Assembly: GCA_963663765.2 (NCBI GenBank)
Contig: CAXXUA010000006.1
Span: 320,001-384,000 of the forward strand
Origin: Candidatus Poribacteria bacterium
GTDB taxonomy: Bacteria; Poribacteria; WGA-4E; WGA-3G
Length of the DNA stretch: 64,000 bases
Direction: 5' to 3'
Position 1 is the stretch's first letter. Each line of letters begins with the position of its first letter. Both the position numbers and the translations under genes were made by a program. Positions 54,483 to 64,000 of this stretch are shown piece by piece. Under the pieces are notes generated by a model. That model was given only the letters and a program-made list of their open reading frames with translations, had not been told where the DNA came from and made no database searches.

Positions 54483-55042
54483 GGGTGTGTAAAGTTTTTG
54501 CACAGAGGTACAAACTTTTGTTCTCTTTAGTCCCGTAGGGACGCAATGTTTATTGATAGGTGTAATCACCCTCTCTTGAGTTCCGTAGGAACGACATAGA
54601 AGAATAAACATATCGTCCCTACGGGACTAAAGAACTGGGAAGGGTACTTGTTTTCTATAAACATATCGTCCCTACGGGATTGAAGAGTATGGTTGATATT
54701 AACAATATTTCCTTATATTGACACCTATGGGTCTCTGTGCCCGCAATCTCTCATTTAATCAGTTGCGGCGGGGTACAGAGACCCCGCTCTACAATGGAGA
54801 ATGTGAAGTTTGTGCAAAAACTTTTCACACCCCTCATCCACAGGGTTATTTAGTTTTAAGAATTATCAGTTAATGGGTGTTACTTAAAGTTAATATCGTA
54901 GGTCGGGTAGAGCGTATGCGAAACCCGACATTTATTGATTTTGTCTATCATGTCGGGTTTCGCTCACGCTCTACCCGACCTACGATATAAAATCACGAAT
55001 GTTATAAATATCTGCCAAAATATTTATAACTGAATAACCCTG
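54483..55042. mobile_element. two adjacent MITEs sharing a cctcatcca target
   Basis: gggtgtgtaaag...cacaccc followed by cagggttatt...aataaccctg; cctcatcca occurs before, between and after them. Confidence 0.7.
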
Positions 55043-55127
55043 CCTCATCCATGGGGTTACTTGTAAGAAAACACGATTTGTGATAACCTATCATGCATAC
55101 CCTGATTTCACAAGGAGCAAACAGACA

Positions 55128-56531
55128 ATGAACCAGCCTAACATAATTCTAATGATGTGCGATGATCTCGGATATGGTGATGTGGGATTTAACGGAAACG
55201 ACACCATCAAAACCCCAAATTTGGACAATCTGGCGAACAATGGCATCCGATTTACGCGGTTTTACGCTGGCGGTCCCGTCTGCTCGCCGACACGCGGCAC
55301 CTGTCTCACCGGACGACACTATTTTCGTTATGGCGTGACTCACGCTAATCGCGGACACTTACCTGCACAGGAAATCACTCTGGCACGTATGCTAAAATCT
55401 TATGGATACGCCACGGGACATTTTGGTAAATGGCATCTTGGGACGTTGGACAGAGAGTATTCGGGCAAACCGAACCGCAATCCTGCACGGAACTACGCAC
55501 CACCGTGGGAACGGGATTACGATACCTCTTTTGCGACCGAATATGCCGTGCCGACTTGGGATCCTACTGTCGGTGTGCAAGGGAAAAACCGACGTTCAGA
55601 GCGCCCCTGGGCTTCGCCATATTATGAGAACGGAAAACTGGCTACAGAAAATCTGTCGGGATGTGATTCTCGTGTGTTGATGGATCGCGCGATTCCATTT
55701 ATTGAACAATCCGTAGATAACGGACAACCGTTCTTTACGTCAATCTGGTTTCACGCACCGCATACGCCCGTGTTTGCTGGGCCGGAATATCGTGCTATGT
55801 ATGCCGACTACAGCGAAGATGAACAGCACTATTACGGCTGCATCACCGCGATAGACGATCAGGTGAAACGATTGTATCACACATTGGCTGCTTGGGGTGT
55901 CTCCCAAAACACGATGATCTGGTTCTGTTCGGACAACGGTCCGGAAGGACGTACCGGTCAAGATGGACGTAACAGGGGGTCAACAGGTGGTTTACGTGGA
56001 CGCAAACGGTCTCTGTTTGATGGTGGTGTTGGGGTGCCAGCTCTATTGCACTGGCCGGGTCATGCGGATGCCGGACGCGTCATGGAAATGCCGTGCAGCA
56101 CGTTGGATTACTTCCCGACAATCGCTGAGGTGATGGGATATGAAATGCCCGATAACCGACCAATCGACGGCATCAGTCTGCTACCGGCGATTGGGGGTAA
56201 CATGACGGAACGTCCCACTCCGATTCCGTATCGGTTCAATAGTGGTAAAAACGGTATGTTTGGTGCACCGACCATCGCAATGACAGACAATCGCTACAAA
56301 TGTTTGACGAACTTGTCAGATGATGGCAGCGAAGATCTCTGTTTTGATATGATAAAAGACCGCGCAGAAACGACTAACTTGGCAGAGGAACAGAGCGACC
56401 GTATGGCACAAACGCGTAAGACTCTGCACGAATGGCTCCGCTCATGTGCGGTTAGCCACAACGGTGGTGATTATGACGAACCTTTTGAACCTGTTGGCAA
56501 ATTTGAAGAGGTTACGGGTCGGTGGCGGTGA
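55128..56531 (+). CDS. sulfatase (S1, Cys-type formylglycine)
   Basis: 'PNIILMMCDDLGYGD', CSPTR motif, 'GKWHLG', 'SDNGP'; RBS aaggag. Confidence 0.93.
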   Translation: MNQPNIILMMCDDLGYGDVGFNGNDTIKTPNLDNLANNGIRFTRFYAGGPVCSPTRGTCLTGRHYFRYGVTHANRGHLPAQEITLARMLKSYGYATGHFGKWHLGTLDREYSGKPNRNPARNYAPPWERDYDTSFATEYAVPTWDPTVGVQGKNRRSERPWASPYYENGKLATENLSGCDSRVLMDRAIPFIEQSVDNGQPFFTSIWFHAPHTPVFAGPEYRAMYADYSEDEQHYYGCITAIDDQVKRLYHTLAAWGVSQNTMIWFCSDNGPEGRTGQDGRNRGSTGGLRGRKRSLFDGGVGVPALLHWPGHADAGRVMEMPCSTLDYFPTIAEVMGYEMPDNRPIDGISLLPAIGGNMTERPTPIPYRFNSGKNGMFGAPTIAMTDNRYKCLTNLSDDGSEDLCFDMIKDRAETTNLAEEQSDRMAQTRKTLHEWLRSCAVSHNGGDYDEPFEPVGKFEEVTGRWR

Positions 56532-56649
56532 TGGTATGCGCGGTTCTGTTGCGTGATTCAAAATGGATGACAAAAAAGGTGATGGGTGTAGATGAGAATC
56601 CTTCTACAAACCTACTTTAGATAAGGGGTCACAGCAACTATCGTTCAAG

Positions 56650-56867
56650 TATTCTGCTGTCGACCTCCGAATTATGCGGATTTTTTTACGGACATATTTT
56701 GCGAATTATCCTCAAAATTGCGTGTAAACCCTTTCTACTTCTACTGCCGTCAGCCTCCCAGAGAATTTGCACGATTGGAGGTTGACGGCAAATCGTAAAT
56801 ATATTGAAATTTAACTTGACGATAACTGTGGGAGTTTGTTATGATGTAACTGTTGTTTTTGGGGAGC
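56650..56867 (+). promoter_or_regulatory. CRISPR leader with promoter
   Basis: Non-coding; TTGACG-N18-TATGAT (extended TG) just upstream of repeat 1; palindrome at 56743-56790. Confidence 0.75.
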
Positions 56868-59800
56868 CTTTTAATCGAACCAGTTTGGAATAGAAACATA
56901 GTCCATCCTTCCTAACCAAAAGGGGATACCTACTTTTAATCGAACCAGTTTGGAATAGAAACAGAGGAACGCTCTCACAAAATCAATCTCCAAATTGAAA
57001 TCTTTTAATCGAACCAGTTTGGAATAGAAACTCTAATTTCATTTGAAACAGCCAACCTACATGTCTGCTTTTAATCGAACCAGTTTGGAATAGAAACACT
57101 CTTTGAACTCCCACGTCTCCCACGGATTACGTGCTTTTAATCGAACCAGTTTGGAATAGAAACTGGTACGTTGAAAAAGCACCAGGACATGCAACGCAGG
57201 CTTTTAATCGAACCAGTTTGGAATAGAAACCCAATAGCAGCACCTTTGGGTCCAAAAAAACTACCGACTTTTAATCGAACCAGTTTGGAATAGAAACCTC
57301 TGTGTCCAATTCGCCCTGAAGTATGGCAGCACCCTTTTAATCGAACCAGTTTGGAATAGAAACGTCTTCTTCCTTCATAATATTCTCCCTTGTAAATGAC
57401 CTTTTAATCGAACCAGTTTGGAATAGAAACTTCAACCCATTGTTCGTCTGACTCCCCTTCACGTCTTTTAATCGAACCAGTTTGGAATAGAAACTTAGGT
57501 GTGGGTGCTTTGGTACTGTGTGTGGTTGGCTTTTAATCGAACCAGTTTGGAATAGAAACATCTCAGCAAATCCGGATTCAGTTGGTGCTTTACGAGTGCC
57601 TTTTAATCGAACCAGTTTGGAATAGAAACGGTCTAAAGGACTTTCTTTCTTATCACGGGTTGTCGCCAACTTTTAATCGAACCAGTTTGGAATAGAAACT
57701 TTTCATTTGTTCATATTTGGTGAAAGTAATAGCTATACTTTTAATCGAACCAGTTTGGAATAGAAACATCGTCCCCGCTGTCCGTGCCGTTGGCGTGGTT
57801 GCACTTTTAATCGAACCAGTTTGGAATAGAAACGATATAGATTATACACCTCAAAAGTCAAGTCTTCGCCTTTTAATCGAACCAGTTTGGAATAGAAACG
57901 AAACCGGTGATGCACTAACTTTTAAAGTGAACTTGAGACTTTTAATCGAACCAGTTTGGAATAGAAACTTAATAGAAAATCAGGCTCTTATCATTGAAAC
58001 CTACTTTTAATCGAACCAGTTTGGAATAGAAACTGACTTCCTGCAAGGATTTCCCAATTTTCCGTTGTTCTTTTAATCGAACCAGTTTGGAATAGAAACT
58101 CTGGCACATCATAATCAGATTGAAACGCAATGGACTTTTAATCGAACCAGTTTGGAATAGAAACTTTGGCATAGGATACATCGCCTGAACACGTGCTTGC
58201 CACTTTTAATCGAACCAGTTTGGAATAGAAACACCTACATCAAAAACCTATGAATGATAAAAACAAATTCTTTTAATCGAACCAGTTTGGAATAGAAACA
58301 CGGAAAGCCATTACACCCTAACGGGAAAGGATAATCTTTTAATCGAACCAGTTTGGAATAGAAACTTATGACGATTGATACGTCCCAAATACAACATGTA
58401 ATCTTTTAATCGAACCAGTTTGGAATAGAAACAATGAAGAATTAAACGCTTATACTCTTATTGATGGTGACTTTTAATCGAACCAGTTTGGAATAGAAAC
58501 GTAGTACCACCAAGCCGACCAGCCAAGTTAGTTCCCATCCTTTTAATCGAACCAGTTTGGAATAGAAACTCTGTGATATACTATATCATAGACAAATTAA
58601 CGCAAATACTTTTAATCAAACCAGTTTGGAATAGAAACAAATCTCTCCGTCATACTGAGCGACACACTCAAACTTTTAATCGAACCAGTTTGGAATAGAA
58701 ACCAGTTTTGCGATTTCACAGCAGCAATAAATTTGTGAACTTTTAATCGAACCAGTTTGGAATAGAAACTCAAGTCCTTGCGAGACTCTACCTGATGTTC
58801 CTTCCTTTTAATCGAACCAGTTTGGAATAGAAACCTTTATGAAATCTGTTAATTTCTTGGGATCGGTGCGTCTTTTAATCGAACCAGTTTGGAATAGAAA
58901 CGATAATACTACCAGTTTGCCTTTAACGTTATGACCTTGTCTTTTAATCGAACCAGTTTGGAATAGAAACGACTCCGCATTAACCTCAAACTGCTTCTTT
59001 ACATTACTTTTAATCGAACCAGTTTGGAATAGAAACTGTTTGGCAAGCTTCAACGATGCACGAATTGTTTCCTTTTAATCGAACCAGTTTGGAATAGAAA
59101 CGTGAAATTATGTGTGAGTGCCGTTGCTGCAAGGTCTATCCACCTTTTAATCGAACCAGTTTGGAATAGAAACAATGGATTACTCATTACTCTGATGTCT
59201 CCTCAAAGTCCTTTTAATCGAACCAGTTTGGAATAGAAACTCTTGACGCGCTTTATATATAACACAAAACTTTGACTTTTAATCGAACCAGTTTGGAATA
59301 GAAACGCTTTTCGGCACAAGCACAATGCGTATCATATTACTTTTAATCGAACCAGTTTGGAATAGAAACTACGCTATGACAATAGCTCTGTTTTCATCTT
59401 TTACTTTTAATCGAACCAGTTTGGAATAGAAACTCTATAACAAATCCTTATATAATTGCAGCAATTGAGACTTTTAATCGAACCAGTTTGGAATAGAAAC
59501 GGCGACATATAAAGAGGTAGGAATGTGCCGAGTGTTACTTTTAATCGAACCAGTTTGGAATAGAAACCGTCAAGTTCATCAAAAGCGACTGACAAGTTAT
59601 TGCTTTTAATCGAACCAGTTTGGAATAGAAACGCTGCCTTGCGCGCGGATTTTAGGTTGATCGCAGTTTGCTTTTAATCGAACCAGTTTGGAATAGAAAC
59701 GTGGGGTGCAAGGGTGTGGTGTGTATTCCGCACACAAACGACTTTTAATCGAACCAGTTTGGAATAGAAACTGTATTAGGGATAAATAAGGTCAACAATT

Positions 59801-62800
59801 AAAATTGACTTTTAATCGAACCAGTTTGGAATAGAAACCAATTTGGATTAGACAACTTGTGGAGAAAGCGATCATCTTTTAATCAAACCAGTTTGGAATA
59901 GAAACTCACTTCTTGATTGAGTGAAATAGTTGTAAGATAGACTTTTAATCGAACCAGTTTGGAATAGAAACACACTGCCATCAGTCCATATCTTTTGCAG
60001 TGACAACTTTTAATCGAACCAGTTTGGAATAGAAACTGTGGGAATTGCAACGTGATGTTCGCATCCGTCGGTTCACTTTTAATCGAACCAGTTTGGAATA
60101 GAAACAGGCTAACATAATTCTAACTCCTGATGTGTGAGTGGCTTTTAATCGAACCAGTTTGGAATAGAAACAGCATCTCATGCACACCAGAACTACGCCG
60201 CACGTGTTCCTTTTAATCGAACCAGTTTGGAATAGAAACGCTAACGATGTGCTTTTGATAGGTGCTGAGTATGACTTTTAATCGAACCAGTTTGGAATAG
60301 AAACGATGCTTCGATACCAACAGGATTTAGTATTTCAGGAACTTTTAATCGAACCAGTTTGGAATAGAAACAACACACTCACAGCATCATTTTTAGATTG
60401 TGCAAGGCTTTTAATCGAACCAGTTTGGAATAGAAACGTCGTCCTCGCCTAGTGTGTGTTTTTTATATGTCATGCTTTTAATCGAACCAGTTTGGAATAG
60501 AAACTCTGACGCTTTTTACGAGTAGGTTCTGATAGGTGTTACCTTTTAATCGAACCAGTTTGGAATAGAAACGTTTCCTCTGGGTCGCAGCTGAGGTTTT
60601 GCAGGCGTTCTACTTTTAATCGAACCAGTTTGGAATAGAAACTATCATTTCCTAATGTTGCCCGATACCGCAACCGACTTTTAATCGAACCAGTTTGGAA
60701 TAGAAACATTCAAGTATGTTGTGCCATCTTTATCAGACAACGCCTTCTTTTAATCGAACCAGTTTGGAATAGAAACGAGATCATAGATTGTTTTTCCAGT
60801 ATTGTTCTGAGTTCACTTTTAATCGAACCAGTTTGGAATAGAAACTAAAAGAGCCGAGCCGTATTTTTCCCTGATTTGTGGCACTTTTAATCGAACCAGT
60901 TTGGAATAGAAACATGGATTAGTTGACATTGAAAATGTTAGCGATATTATTAAACTTTTAATCGAACCAGTTTGGAATAGAAACATGACTTCTGCATATC
61001 CTACGAGATCAAGTGGCATTGCCTTTTAATCGAACCAGTTTGGAATAGAAACGGAACATCGCAATCAAATAAAAGAGGGTAATATTCACCTTTTAATCGA
61101 ACCAGTTTGGAATAGAAACACCACATTTTCAGAGATAGTGGCAGGATCACCAACGACTTTTAATCGAACCAGTTTGGAATAGAAACGTATCTTGCTGAAA
61201 TCAATATCACGCAAGAATCTACCTTTTAATCGAACCAGTTTGGAATAGAAACGAATATGCGACTAATTTTGACAATCCTGACATAGTGACTTTTAATCGA
61301 ACCAGTTTGGAATAGAAACAAGCCAGTATGGTCACGTGATTACTTTATGCAAACTTTTAATCGAACCAGTTTGGAATAGAAACCTTTTCTTTGGTTGGCG
61401 ACCATCGACAACGCAATTTTCTTTTAATCGAACCAGTTTGGAATAGAAACATTTTTGGTCCTTATACGGTCACTGCTCCGATTGTCTTTTAATCGAACTA
61501 GTTTGGAATAGAAACGCTCTCGGTTGGTGTTGTTCACAACAAACGCATGAACACGTCTTTTAATCGAACCAGTTTGGAATAGAAACGAAATTTATTATGC
61601 TGGATTACAAGACGAGGGAGGAACTTTTAATCGAACCAGTTTGGAATAGAAACTTCACGGTGTTGTAGTACTGCTTGGTGCTTGTCAGGCTTTTAATCGA
61701 ACCAGTTTGGAATAGAAACACAGACGCATCATCGTGGCAAAACTGGTAAACGACAAGCTTTTAATCGAACCAGTTTGGAATAGAAACAGAGGTGCGTGTG
61801 GGCAGAGTAAAGTCTAAATCACACTTTTAATCGAACTAGTTTGGAATAGAAACAGTATTTAGACATTCGCGTGGACATTCTCTTAATATCTTTTAATCGA
61901 ACTAGTTTGGAATAGAAACCCGTCTTGTCAGATGATCCTGTGTCTGTAATCACGCTTTTAATCGAACCAGTTTGGAATAGAAACTCATTTGGATGAAGCG
62001 TTCGGAGGTAATGTTCATTACTTTTAATCCAACCAGTTTGGAATAGAAACGTCTTATCTAAAAGTGTTTTCAGTTCCCTTAAAGCTTTTAATCGAACCAG
62101 TTTGGAATAGAAACCCTAACTGGACTCACTTTCGTATGATAGATTTTGGATCTTTTAATCGAACCAGTTTGGAATAGAAACCTGACAACGAGTGCATCAT
62201 CTGATCCGCTATTTACCTTTTAATCGAACCAGTTTGGAATAGAAACCTAAATGTAGCAGTGTCAATAGAAAGTGTTGTGCCCTTTTAATCGAACCAGTTT
62301 GGAATAGAAACATATAAGCAAAGTCATAAGGTATGTCTTTAGGTTCCTTTTAATCGAACCAGTTTGGAATAGAAACAATTGCACGCAATGGAAGAAAGAA
62401 AACAGGACGAGTTAACTTTTAATCGAACCAGTTTGGAATAGAAACATTCCTGCTAAATCAATTATTATTTTACTCTTCTTTCTTTTAATCGAACCAGTTT
62501 GGAATAGAAACGAACCATGCCTTACTGTGTCAAAATTCCATATTCTACTTTTAATCGAACCAGTTTGGAATAGAAACTTTGGTAAGAAACAACATCAAGA
62601 GGTATAACGTGACTTTTAATCGAACCAGTTTGGAATAGAAACATTGCTTCAGGTCAGACATATCCTCCAATTCCGCACTTTTAATCGAACCAGTTTGGAA
62701 TAGAAACAACTTTTTACAAGAACGGCGAGGTGGAACTCAAAAAGCTTTTAATCGAACCAGTTTGGAATAGAAACTTCACGTTCGGTTTCAGGGATGACGA

Positions 62801-64000
62801 GGAGGACTTGGACTTTTAATCGAACCAGTTTGGAATAGAAACTTAAATCTTTATCCTCAACTATTTCTGCAGTTTCTATGACTTTTAATCGAACCAGTTT
62901 GGAATAGAAACATTTACTTCTCAGGCCTCTACTGGATAAAAGCGTCGCTTTTAATCGAACCAGTTTGGAATAGAAACTTTGACGAATTATGACGAATTAT
63001 GACGAATTTTAAGGCTTTTAATCGAACCAGTTTGGAATAGAAACTTCCTTTGCGATGTATATCGCTTCTGGGTTTTGATCTTTTAATCGAACCAGTTTGG
63101 AATAGAAACTCGTATTAGCAGCAGGTCTCGCAATCCCCCAAGACGCTTTTAATCGAACCAGTTTGGAATAGAAACTTTTGATGCGACAGTACGACATGCC
63201 ACCAGAAACCTTTTAATCGAACCAGTTTGGAATAGAAACAAGCCCGCGACGACGAGAGACGACTCAACGAAGACTTTTAATCGAACCAGTTTGGAATAGA
63301 AACAACTTCCCCGTAATCCTATCAAAAAACATGCTAAACCTTTTAATCGAACCAGTTTGGAATAGAAACGTTTCGTGTCCCCCCGTCTTCAGCGTTTTGT
63401 TCCATCCTTTTAATCGAACCAGTTTGGAATAGAAACTAAGTAAAACCAGTATTTAGAAGATAATAAATTTCACTTTTAATCGAACCAGTTTGGAATAGAA
63501 ACTTAGCATAAACATCAATAAACATTATGTCTTCAGCTTTTAATCGAACCAGTTTGGAATAGAAACTTCAAAAGGTCTTTGACGTAGTGGTACCAAATCA
63601 CTTTTAATCGAACCAGTTTGGAATAGAAACTCGAGAGTACAATAGAAAGGATGAAAATAAGAAATAAACTTTTAATCGAACCAGTTTGGAATAGAAACAT
63701 CCTAATCCTAACTAAAATTGAAAATGAACTTTTACTTTTAATCGAACCAGTTTGGAATAGAAACCTGCCTATAAGCATAGAAGAACAAAGAGAGAAGGTA
63801 CTTTTAATCGAACCAGTTTGGAATAGAAACGTTGGCTCCATTATCATTACGCAACTGGGTACTTTGCTCTTTTAATCGAACCAGTTTGGAATAGAAACTC
63901 TGCTGTGGTCTCTGGGGCTGCGGCGACTCTTTTTCCCTTTTAATCGAACCAGTTTGGAATAGAAACTCAAGCACGGTGGATTTTTCGGTTGACGCATCAA
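56868..64000 (+). CRISPR. large CRISPR array, 30-bp repeat CTTTTAATCGAACCAGTTTGGAATAGAAAC, ~107 repeats, continues past window end (type I-B-like repeat)
   Basis: Near-invariant repeat with ~33-40 nt spacers; 3' GAAAC end; count estimated from the ~66-bp period. Confidence 0.98.

Noticed and set aside
57337-63875. ORFs within the CRISPR array
   Set aside because: Translations of repeat-spacer units
56868-64000. Self-targeting spacers against the phage-like fragments in this window
   Set aside because: None spotted by eye; not exhaustively testable without alignment

Overview
64-kb bacterial window, most likely Candidatus Poribacteria. This is an inference from the C-terminal 'VDPKAKLTTTWGSIK' motif proteins, the large secreted WD40 expansion and the repeat-saturated intergenic DNA. 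Housekeeping-type genes are a nucleoside hydrolase, dacB, an SDR and a sulfatase. Accessory genes are 10 secreted or lipoprotein WD40 genes (five in a mosaic tandem cluster), three discoidin-like paralogs, a ParA+HEPN pair, a DUF2971-like gene and a RelE-type toxin-antitoxin pair. The window also has IS4- and IS701-family elements, several MITE families, GTAG-type REP arrays, decayed phage gene fragments and a type I-B-like CRISPR array of roughly 107 repeats that runs off the right end; no cas genes are present. The top candidates for novelty are: (1) a second, degenerate CRISPR mini-array (40753-41815, minus strand) with its own leader, in which two paralogous lipoprotein genes sit between repeats; (2) a discoidin-like paralog with an in-frame TGA at a conserved Cys, followed by a SECIS-like hairpin (possible new selenoprotein); (3) a 36-nt mini-element that inserts into REP hairpins and into itself.
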